From: Propionibacterium ruminifibrarum
Lineage (GTDB): Bacteria; Actinomycetota; Actinomycetes; Propionibacteriales; Propionibacteriaceae
DNA length: 32,000 nucleotides
NCBI RefSeq assembly: GCF_900289195.1
Contig: NZ_OMOH01000003.1
Span: 326,697-358,696 of the forward strand
Reading direction: 5' to 3'
Notes under the pieces: generated by a model
Seen by the model: the letters and a program-made list of their open reading frames with translations, nothing else
Told to the model about the DNA's origin: nothing
The model's database searches: none
Shown here: positions 17,493-24,984 of the stretch, one piece after another
How positions within the stretch are numbered: position 1 is the first letter of the stretch
Layout of the letters: every line of letters begins with the position of its first letter
Made by a program: the position numbers and the translations under genes

Positions 17493-17682
17493 GCGATGGA
17501 TGTGGCTGGGCAGGATCGTGATCAGGCGGTTCGGTGTCCGGAGCCAACCGTGGTGGTCGCGGGTCTGCTGCCGGATGGATCGCAACGGCAGGCCTCTGGT
17601 CGATCGCCGATAGGTGTCGCCTTGTGCCCCATGGATGCGCGAGGGGCTGTAGACAGATGAGGAATTACTGGCGTTAGCGTCC

Positions 17683-17725
17683 TATATGATCTATGATGTG
17701 GCATATCTGATCGACGATGACGTCC
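17683..17725 (+). promoter_or_regulatory. AT-rich tandem TATGAT(C/G) motif, site A
   Basis: TATATGATCTATGAT (17683-17697) is identical to 31959-31973. Downstream TGATCG-N3-ATGACGTCC parallels TGATCG-N4-ATGACGTCC at site B. Confidence 0.5.
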
Positions 17726-18022
17726 TGATCGGAGGGACATATGCACACGACGGATGCATGGCGCATCGGGTGCACGACATCGCCCCATGCGCACGCTGGG
17801 GATGGCCAGGTTGCTGACCGGATGGTTCTTGGTCCTGGGCCCCACCTGCTGAATCGCAGCACGCGAGTCGGGCTCGGCGAGGCAGACACCGTGGTGTGCT
17901 CCGCGTCTCAGAAAAGATGGGGCCATGCGCTCTGAAGCGCCATGGCCTCGTTCACACCAGTCGCCGAAACGGGCGGCGGGTTCACCAAGTTTTAGTTCAG
18001 CTATGTGACAAGGAGGTCCATC

Positions 18023-19402
18023 ATGGCGGGAGAACTGACTTCTCGTGTGGCGCCAGATGAAGCGACCGTGAACAGTGCCCTTGGCAAGGTGACCAAGCAT
18101 CTCATCCCATTCCTGTTACTCATGTACGTGATTGCGTTCGTTGACCGGACAAATCTTGGCTGGGCGCAACAGGAATGGGAGGCTAACTATGGGATATCCA
18201 CCGCTGCCTACACATTCGGCGCCACTTTGTTCTTCGTGGGCTACGCCGTCTTCGAGGTGCCTTCGAACCTGATCATGCACAAGGTCGGGGCGCGCTGGTG
18301 GATGACCAGGATCATGATCACATGGGGCATCGTGGCGGCATGCTTCATGTTCGTCCAAGGACCCAAGACTTTTTATGCCCTTCGATTCCTGCTGGGTGTC
18401 GCCGAAGCCGGCTTCTTCCCCGGTGTGATGTTGTACCTGACTTACTGGTACCCTGCTGCCCGCAGGGCATGGGCGACCGGGCTGTTCTACATGGGGCTAC
18501 CCATCGCCAATATGTTCGGGAATCCCCTGTCCGGGAGCCTGCTGGAGCTCGACGGTGTTCTGGGTATGGACGGCATCCACTGGATGTTTCTGGTCGAAGG
18601 AGCATTGGCCGTGGTCGTCGGCATTATCTGCCCGTGGGTTCTCGTCGATCGTCCCAGCAAGGCGTCATGGTTGACTGAAGAGGAGCAGCGGGACCTCACC
18701 CAGCAAATCGAACTCGAGGAAGCGGCAAAGCAAAAGGCCAAGCCGATCAGTTGGGGAAGGGCACTGGCAGATCCACGCATCCTCTATTTCTGCCTGATCT
18801 ACTTCTGCATCCAGGCCTCTGTCTATGGACTTACGTTCTTCTTGCCGAAACAGGTCACCTCGATGACTGGCACGACGGCAGGTTTCAAAGCATCACTTGT
18901 CACCGCGATCCCATGGGTGGTTGCTCTCATCGGAGTCCTCATTGTCCCCAAAGTCGCTGACCGGCGACAGAACCACCGTTTGCTGTCGGGGCTCATGCTG
19001 GCCTTCTCTGGAATGGGGATCATGGGATCCGCACTGTTTCTTCATCAGCTCGTGCCGGCGCTGGCGCTGCTGTCCATTGCGGCGATCGGCTTCACCTGTG
19101 CGCAACCCATCTTCTGGCAGCTCCCGACCAGGTACCTCAGTGGTGCGGCACTCGCCGGTGCCACTGGCTTGATCAATGCCGTCGGAAACCTGGGCGGTTG
19201 GGCTGCTCCGCTGCTGCGTACTTGGGCGACTCAGAGCGCATTCGGCACCGCAGACAGCCCAAATGAAGCGGCTGGTCTCGTGGTGCTCGGCATGGCGGGT
19301 GTCGTCGGTGTTCTGCTCGTCACCGGACTCAATTTCTTCAAGAAATCAGTAGAAGAACGTGAAGCTCTTTCCCTGCAGAGCGGGGAATCCTTGGACAAGT
19401 GA
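18023..19402 (+). CDS. MFS transporter, ACS type (L-rhamnonate transporter RhmT-like)
   Basis: AAGGAGG lies 6 nt upstream of ATG 18023. FVDRTNLGWAQ and GYAVFEVPSNLIMHKVGAR motifs and a multi-TM profile. First gene of the rhm-like cluster. Confidence 0.8.
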   Translation: MAGELTSRVAPDEATVNSALGKVTKHLIPFLLLMYVIAFVDRTNLGWAQQEWEANYGISTAAYTFGATLFFVGYAVFEVPSNLIMHKVGARWWMTRIMITWGIVAACFMFVQGPKTFYALRFLLGVAEAGFFPGVMLYLTYWYPAARRAWATGLFYMGLPIANMFGNPLSGSLLELDGVLGMDGIHWMFLVEGALAVVVGIICPWVLVDRPSKASWLTEEEQRDLTQQIELEEAAKQKAKPISWGRALADPRILYFCLIYFCIQASVYGLTFFLPKQVTSMTGTTAGFKASLVTAIPWVVALIGVLIVPKVADRRQNHRLLSGLMLAFSGMGIMGSALFLHQLVPALALLSIAAIGFTCAQPIFWQLPTRYLSGAALAGATGLINAVGNLGGWAAPLLRTWATQSAFGTADSPNEAAGLVVLGMAGVVGVLLVTGLNFFKKSVEEREALSLQSGESLDK

Positions 19403-19437
19403 ATCATGGAGAATATCTGACAAGGAGGATTGGAAAG

Positions 19438-20220
19438 ATGAAAGAGTATCAGAAGGCTGTATTCCCAGATCGTCACACGGCCGTTGTGAGTGGTGCGGGA
19501 GCACCTCGAGGGATCGCCCGCAAGACTGCCCACAGGCTAGCCGCCGAGGGCTGGGACATCGTGGTTGTCGATCTTTCCGACAAGGTGTTGGAGTTCGGGG
19601 ATGAACTTGCCCGGGAATATCCTGAGCAAGACTCCCTGGCAATCCAGCTCGACATCTCTGACGAGAATCAGGTGAAAAATGCCTTCGCTCGGATCAAATC
19701 GGAGATGCCGCCCGTGGTTGGTCTTGCAAATATCGCGGGAATTGCCTGTCCTGTGCCGTTGCTCGAACTGGACGCCGCGCTCTTCGACAAGGTTCTGGCG
19801 GTCAACTGCCGCGGCACGATGTTGATGATGAAGTACGCGGCTGAGCATATGAAAGAATATGGGATCGGACGTATCGTCAACTTCTCGTCCATTACTGCTC
19901 TGGATGGCGGAGGCACTTTCTCGAAATTCGCATATGCGGCGGCAAAGGCTGGGGTTCTTGGCATTACCAAGGGTGGTGCTCGAGAACTCGGACCCTACGG
20001 CATTACAACCAATGCGGTTCTGCCCGGTCCGATCGACACCGACATCATGGGCGGTAAGCTCACGGACGAGCGCAAGAAGCAGATGTCCTCGAACATTCCA
20101 GTGGGTCGTGTCGGCCAGCCCGAGGAGATTGCTGCCGTGGTGTCCTTCCTCCTTTCTGCTGACGCCTCGTTCGTCAATGGCGTCTCGCTGAATGTTGACG
20201 GTGGTAAGCAGATGCACTGA
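19438..20220 (+). CDS. Short-chain dehydrogenase/reductase (SDR)
   Basis: AAGGAGG RBS before ATG 19438. Gly-rich VVSGAGAPRGIARK, NFSS, YAAAK (YxxxK) and PGPIDT motifs are present. Confidence 0.85.
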   Translation: MKEYQKAVFPDRHTAVVSGAGAPRGIARKTAHRLAAEGWDIVVVDLSDKVLEFGDELAREYPEQDSLAIQLDISDENQVKNAFARIKSEMPPVVGLANIAGIACPVPLLELDAALFDKVLAVNCRGTMLMMKYAAEHMKEYGIGRIVNFSSITALDGGGTFSKFAYAAAKAGVLGITKGGARELGPYGITTNAVLPGPIDTDIMGGKLTDERKKQMSSNIPVGRVGQPEEIAAVVSFLLSADASFVNGVSLNVDGGKQMH

Positions 20221-20229
20221 GTGGTATCT

Positions 20230-20265
20230 GGGTGGCGGGTCTTGCCTCAATAGTGCCCGCCACCC
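20230..20265 (+). terminator. Intra-operon stem-loop between the SDR and rhmD
   Basis: GGGTGGCGGG (20230-20239) pairs perfectly with CCCGCCACCC (20256-20265). The loop is 16 nt. Confidence 0.4.
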
Positions 20266-20294
20266 GGGGTACCTGAGAAACAGGAGGAGGGATC

Positions 20295-21503
20295 ATGACA
20301 CTTCCGACGATCACGGATATCCGTGCTTATTTCATGGGCGGAGCGAGTTCTTCGAGTGGCGGCCAAGGAGGTGGTGATTATCACGATCAAGGATCTGGGC
20401 ACTGGATTGACGATCACATCGCCACTCCGATGAGCAAGTATCCGCAATACGAACAGTCTCGTCAATCATTTGGCATAAACGTGCTTGGTACGCTTGTGGT
20501 TGAGGTCGAGGCAAGTGATGGGACGATTGGGTTCGCTATTTCTACGGCGGGCTTGATAGGCTGTTTCATAGCCGAGCATCATCTATCCAGGTTCCTCATC
20601 GGTCGGCGCGTTGATGACATCAAATTGATTCACGATCAGATGACCAACGCCACGCATTTCTATTCCGGTGGTGGTGGCGTTGTCATCAACACGATCTCAT
20701 GCATCGACTTGGCGCTGTGGGATTTGTTCGGCAAGGTTGTGCAGCAGCCCGTGTACAGCCTGCTGGGCGGTGCGGTGCGAGATGAGATTCAGTTCTATGC
20801 TACTGGTTCCCGTCCGGACTTGGCACGCGAGATGGGCTTCATTGGTGGCAAGATACCCACGCACTACGGACCGCATGACGGGGATGCGGGAATTCGGGCA
20901 GAGGTGGAGCGGGTCAAGAGGTTCAGGGGTCTGGTGGGGCCAGATTTCTGGCTCATGTTTGACTGCTGGATGAGTCAGGATGTCAATTATGCTGTCAAAC
21001 TTGCCCATGCAGTGGCTCCGTTCGGCGTGAAGTGGCTGGAAGAATCGTTCCCGGCTGCGCAATATGAGAGTTATGCTGCTTTGAAACGGCAGATGCCACC
21101 AGGGATGATGGTCACCTCTGGTGAACACACTGGAAACCTTGTCGCGTTCCGAACGTTGAGTGAAACAGGTATCGACGTCCTGCAGCCTGATGTGGGATGG
21201 TGCGGTGGTCTCACCTCGCTCGTGGAGATCGCGGCGATTGCGAAATCAAAAGGGCAACTTGTGGTGCCGCACGGTTCCTCCGTCTACTCCCACCATGCCG
21301 TGATCACGTTCGTGAACACTCCGTTCAGTGAATTTTTGATGACGAGCCCGGGTGCCGATGAGATCAGGCCCCAGTTCGATCCCCTCCTCGTCAATGAACC
21401 CGTTCCAGTTGACGGGCGGATCAGCAAAGCGGAACTCACGAAACCTGGCTTCGGAGTGGACCTCAATCGCGCATGCCCGCTTGAAAGGCCATTTGTGCAC
21501 TGA
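20295..21503 (+). CDS. rhmD: L-rhamnonate dehydratase (enolase superfamily)
   Basis: 402 aa. Long stretches ([84 protein letters not shown]) match my recollection of E. coli RhmD/YfaW nearly residue for residue. AGGAGGAGGG RBS is present. Confidence 0.9.
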   Translation: MTLPTITDIRAYFMGGASSSSGGQGGGDYHDQGSGHWIDDHIATPMSKYPQYEQSRQSFGINVLGTLVVEVEASDGTIGFAISTAGLIGCFIAEHHLSRFLIGRRVDDIKLIHDQMTNATHFYSGGGGVVINTISCIDLALWDLFGKVVQQPVYSLLGGAVRDEIQFYATGSRPDLAREMGFIGGKIPTHYGPHDGDAGIRAEVERVKRFRGLVGPDFWLMFDCWMSQDVNYAVKLAHAVAPFGVKWLEESFPAAQYESYAALKRQMPPGMMVTSGEHTGNLVAFRTLSETGIDVLQPDVGWCGGLTSLVEIAAIAKSKGQLVVPHGSSVYSHHAVITFVNTPFSEFLMTSPGADEIRPQFDPLLVNEPVPVDGRISKAELTKPGFGVDLNRACPLERPFVH

Positions 21504-21505
21504 CC

Positions 21506-22351
21506 ATGGAGAAGCTGATGTCAACTGAAACGAGTCACGTTCCCCTTAACCGATTGAAAGAACGCCTTCGGGTTGGCGATGAACCTCAGCTGGGGTTGTG
21601 GCTGAGCAGTGGCTCACCGGCAATGACGGAGATCGCTGCGGGTGCTGATTTTGACTGGGGGCTCATCGACGGCGAGCACGGGCCCAACGGGATCGAAAGT
21701 CTCCTTGCCCAACTCCGTGCTATCGCTCCTCATCGAACGGCGCCGATTGTACGCCCCGCTGAGACGAGCCGGGTACTTATCAAGCAGATTCTCGACATTG
21801 GGGCACAGAACCTGCTGCTGCCGATGGTTGACTCCCGAGAAGACGCCGAGATGGCTGTCGCGAGTACTAGGTATCCGCCCCGGGGGACGAGGGGAGTGGG
21901 AGCGTCCATTGCCCGAGCAGGCCAGTGGGGCAGGATCAAGAATTACATGATGGAGACCGAAGATCAGCTCTGTGTGATTCTTCAAGTGGAAACTCGCGAG
22001 GGACTGGCCCACCTTGATGAGATAGTGCAGGTTGAGGGTGTTGACGGTGTCTTCATCGGCCCTGCTGACCTCGGCGCCGCGCTGGGGAGTCCCCCCATCG
22101 AGGAGCTCAACTCCATCGTCTGCGAATGTCTGTCCAAGATCCGCAGGGCTGGTCTCATCGCGGGATCGATCGCGTTGGAGGAGGCCACGGCGCGCACTTA
22201 CCTTGAAGCCGGGGCAAATCTTCTTGCGATTGCTTCTGACACTGATTTGCTTGTGCACTCCCTTGATGACTGCAAGAGCAGATTTGCCGATGTCACCACG
22301 ACTCGTGATTCACGTCGAGCTGGCTCAGGAAATAAAAGCGAGAAGGGCTGA
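21506..22351 (+). CDS. rhmA: 2-keto-3-deoxy-L-rhamnonate aldolase (HpcH/HpaI family)
   Basis: LKERLR.G..Q.GLWLSS, DW.LIDGEH.PN, IKQ.LDIGAQ.LL.PMVD, ATRYPP.G.RGVGAS and VEG(I/V)DGVFIGPADL match RhmA/YfaU as I recall it. ATG 21518 (GGAG 6 nt upstream) is an alternative start. Confidence 0.85.
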   Translation: MEKLMSTETSHVPLNRLKERLRVGDEPQLGLWLSSGSPAMTEIAAGADFDWGLIDGEHGPNGIESLLAQLRAIAPHRTAPIVRPAETSRVLIKQILDIGAQNLLLPMVDSREDAEMAVASTRYPPRGTRGVGASIARAGQWGRIKNYMMETEDQLCVILQVETREGLAHLDEIVQVEGVDGVFIGPADLGAALGSPPIEELNSIVCECLSKIRRAGLIAGSIALEEATARTYLEAGANLLAIASDTDLLVHSLDDCKSRFADVTTTRDSRRAGSGNKSEKG

Positions 22352-22375
22352 TGTGAATGCTGGGAAGAGCTACTA

Positions 22376-23185
22376 TCAGGTGTCCTGGGGGATCATTCGG
22401 CGTGAGACCATCGCCAGATGGTGGGTCATGGCATGTATGGCTGCAGCCTTGTCGCCTGAACGCACGGCATCGAAGATCGTCTGGTGTTCCCCGATCGCCG
22501 TGGGGGCATCGACCTTGCCCGTCCCACTCGTCTGCCGCATCAAATGAACGCTGAAACCCAAGGAGTTCACAGATCTGTTGATGTACCTGTTGCCGCAGTG
22601 ATTCAGGATCGTCTGGTGGAAGTCCCAGTCGCGATGGTAATAGTTCCAGATCGCCGCTCGGTCACTCATTGCGCCTTCCGCATCGAGCCTGTCTGCTGCT
22701 TCAATGTTGGCGGCAAAAGATGTTTCGAGGTCTGCGACCAGTCCTGGGAGATTTCTGCTCATCGCACGGTCGAGCGCGCTCGTCTCCATGATGAGCCTGG
22801 CCTCAATCAGCTCGGACATCTGCGCCGCTGACATCGGCGGGGCGACCCGATAACCGCGGTTCGCCATGCGCCGCACCAGTCCCGTGTCCTCGAGCCTGGC
22901 CAAGGCCTCCCTCACTGGTGTCTGCGACACCGCGAGATAGCGCGCCAGTCCATCGATCGTGAGCGGCGAGTTCGGTTCGAAGGACCCTGACGTGAGCATG
23001 TCCAGCAGAGCGTCGTAGACGTCGTCGCGTAATCCTCGCGGCCGGATGGGCCTCAGCTGGGGCATCTCTAGGTCGGGGCTGCTGCTCATGGGCCGGATCA
23101 TATCCAGCTGTTCAGGAACCAAGCTGTCTGCGCGCTGTGCCCGGACTGTTGCCCACGATTCCGCGCTGGCCAGAACCCAACTCAT
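22376..23185 (-). CDS. GntR/FadR-family transcriptional regulator
   Basis: HTH LTIDGLARYLAVSQTPVREALARLEDTGLVRRMANRGYRV plus a helical FCD-type C-terminus. The start is uncertain: in-frame ATGs at 23185, 23101, 23089 and 23065 all lack a strong SD. The gene is convergent with rhmA, 24 nt apart. Confidence 0.8.
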   Translation of the reverse strand: MSWVLASAESWATVRAQRADSLVPEQLDMIRPMSSSPDLEMPQLRPIRPRGLRDDVYDALLDMLTSGSFEPNSPLTIDGLARYLAVSQTPVREALARLEDTGLVRRMANRGYRVAPPMSAAQMSELIEARLIMETSALDRAMSRNLPGLVADLETSFAANIEAADRLDAEGAMSDRAAIWNYYHRDWDFHQTILNHCGNRYINRSVNSLGFSVHLMRQTSGTGKVDAPTAIGEHQTIFDAVRSGDKAAAIHAMTHHLAMVSRRMIPQDT

Positions 23186-23219
23186 TACGAGTCCGCGGGC
23201 CGGACTGCGGCGCGACGCC

Positions 23220-23369
23220 TCAAGCGGCGGTCGTCAGTTCCGGTCCGCCGGGAGCCGTGCCGCTGAGTATGTCCGTGCGGAAAAGGGGGAGGACCACACC
23301 GATGAAGGTGACCAGGGCGGCGAACAGCACGATCACTGAAGAACTCCTCTGCTGTACGAGGGCGGGCAT
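23220..23369 (-). CDS. Tentative 49-aa single-TM small protein
   Basis: MPALVQQRSSSVIVLFAALVTFIGVVLPLFRTDILSGTAPGGPELTTAA. One clear hydrophobic helix. About 78% G/C at third codon positions. The stop lies 35 nt upstream of the GntR ORF on the same strand. The RBS is weak and I recognise no homology. Confidence 0.3.
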   Translation of the reverse strand: MPALVQQRSSSVIVLFAALVTFIGVVLPLFRTDILSGTAPGGPELTTAA

Positions 23370-23537
23370 AGGACCCGCACCTGACGAAGCCACAGCGCAC
23401 TCCGTCGTGTGGAGCAACGATAGATTCACCGGCAGCCGATGAGCCAGGCCGTGACCGGGGTGTCGCCCCATCGTGCCCCGGGCACTGGGCCCAGCGCCCG
23501 GTATGGTTGATGGCGACGCATCGGGGGAGGAGGTCTC

Positions 23538-24374
23538 ATGGCGGGTACCCGCGAGGGGCACTCTTCCGGCCCCAGGGCCAGGCAGTACGCCATCGCTCAG
23601 GCGGTCATAGCCAAGGGCAAGGCGACCGTCGAGGAACTCGCCGATCTGACCGGCGTCTCCGCCATGACGATCTACCGCGACATCGCGGTGCTGGAGCAGA
23701 GCAACATCGTCCAACTCCACAACGGCACTGTCGTCGCGGTCGCAAGCGGCTTGCACGAGGCCGATGCGGTCTTCCGGCTGGAACAGGCCTCTGACGAGAA
23801 GCGACTCATCGCTGCCGAGGCCGCCACACTCGTCGCCAATGGTTCCTCGGTCATGCTCGACGACTCGAGTTCATCGGTCTGGCTGCTTCGTGCCCTGGCA
23901 GATCTGTCATCGCTGACGATCGTCACGAACTCCCTGCTCGTCGCGGGCGAGGTCACCGAGAACCGCTTGGCGCAACTGATCATGACCGGCGGCGAGTACC
24001 GGGCCTGGGCCCACGCCCTGATGGGACCGACCACCGTGCAGAACATCACGGCGATGCACGCGGACTACTGCTTCCTTTCCACCTCCGGTATCTCGTCGAT
24101 GGCCTGCTTCCACCCCTACCAAGAGGTGGCCGAGGTCAAGGCCGCCATGCTGCGCTCCAGCGAGGTACGGGTGCTGCTCATCGACAACAGCAAGTTCAAC
24201 CGTCGTGCGTTGTTCAAGTTCGCCGAGCTGAGTGACTTCGACCACGTCATCGTCGACGACAAGGCGCCCGAGGCTGATCTCAGGCACCTCGAGGATGCCG
24301 GTGTTGCCGTTACCGTGGCCGCGTCCCGGGGGCGACGCGGCAGGCAGACGGCCGTTACCGCGCACCGCGGCTGA
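23538..24374 (+). CDS. DeoR/GlpR-family transcriptional regulator
   Basis: GGAGGAGG RBS. N-terminal HTH ATVEELADLTGVSAMTIYRDIAVLEQSNIV plus a C-terminal DeoR-type sugar-phosphate-binding domain (TIVTNSL, DYCFLSTSGIS). Confidence 0.85.
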   Translation: MAGTREGHSSGPRARQYAIAQAVIAKGKATVEELADLTGVSAMTIYRDIAVLEQSNIVQLHNGTVVAVASGLHEADAVFRLEQASDEKRLIAAEAATLVANGSSVMLDDSSSSVWLLRALADLSSLTIVTNSLLVAGEVTENRLAQLIMTGGEYRAWAHALMGPTTVQNITAMHADYCFLSTSGISSMACFHPYQEVAEVKAAMLRSSEVRVLLIDNSKFNRRALFKFAELSDFDHVIVDDKAPEADLRHLEDAGVAVTVAASRGRRGRQTAVTAHRG

Positions 24375-24458
24375 TGGCAGACGCCCCGAGGCCCTCACCG
24401 GGCCGGCGTTTCCTCTCGTCGTGACTCAATTTATGCGCCTCCCACAAGGCATTTAACA

Positions 24459-24472
24459 TATATGATGATATT
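24459..24472 (+). promoter_or_regulatory. AT-rich TATATGATGATAT motif, site C (weaker relative of sites A and B)
   Basis: It shares TATATGAT with sites A and B. It lies in a 37%-GC pocket 85 nt after the DeoR stop and 526 nt upstream of the membrane-protein gene. Confidence 0.35.
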
Positions 24473-24984
24473 TGAAGCATTCTCAAAGGTGACATACCTC
24501 AGCCAAGCTGTTACTGTTCAGTCATGGAACAGGTCATGGCGGACCGCTCCGGGGGTGTGATGCTCGCCAGGGCGACAACTGGCGTACAGGGCGGCGTCTT
24601 CCCGGCAGTCAGGGCCAACGGGCTTCCGAGTGGCGATCGTTCGCTGAGAATTACCTTGCCAACAAGGATTTTAGGGTTGCCTGAGGTGCTCGGTCCGCGG
24701 TTCTCGTGTGCCGCCGCTGATGGGGGTGGGTTGAACTCGGAGTCATGGCCGGCCGTTGTTCCATGGGGCATGACGCCTCGTAACAGTATTTGTGATGATG
24801 GTATCGCTGATGCTGTTAATGACGTGTTCTCGTGGGTGGGGCTCGTTACGCGCATCGCACTGCCCACCCCGGTAAGCACCCCGTGACGGATTCAGTCGGC
24901 GCGTCACACCTCACGTGGTGAGCCCGCGCCACGCCTGACACCGGGCGCAACCCTGTCCACCACTGAACGAACAAAGGAACAAGG

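Larger units (their letters stand above)
17650..23200. other. Compositionally atypical (lower-GC) island carrying an L-rhamnonate utilisation module
   Basis: My hand counts of single 60-nt lines inside give 48%, 53%, 53% and 55% GC. Lines in the flanking genes give 62%, 72% and 73%. Boundaries are approximate. No mobility genes were seen. Confidence 0.6.

Noticed and set aside
17522-18100. 192-aa minus-strand ORF across the island junction
   Set aside because: It has Arg/His/Pro-rich non-coding-like composition and overlaps the RBS and start of the rhmT-like gene. I saw no similarity to transposases or integrases.
24644-24700. CTGAGA box in the leader that recalled a TPP riboswitch
   Set aside because: The rest of the TPP consensus (the ACCUGAUCUGGAUAAUGCCAGCG-like pyrimidine-sensing helix) is absent, and the downstream genes are not thiamine-related. 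I saw no cobalamin B12-box either.
24524-24886. 120-aa ORF in the long leader upstream of the membrane-protein gene
   Set aside because: It has no RBS, uses rare codons (TTA, ATT, AGA, AAT), and has no motif I recognise. I keep it only as part of the unexplained-leader finding; it could be a decayed gene.
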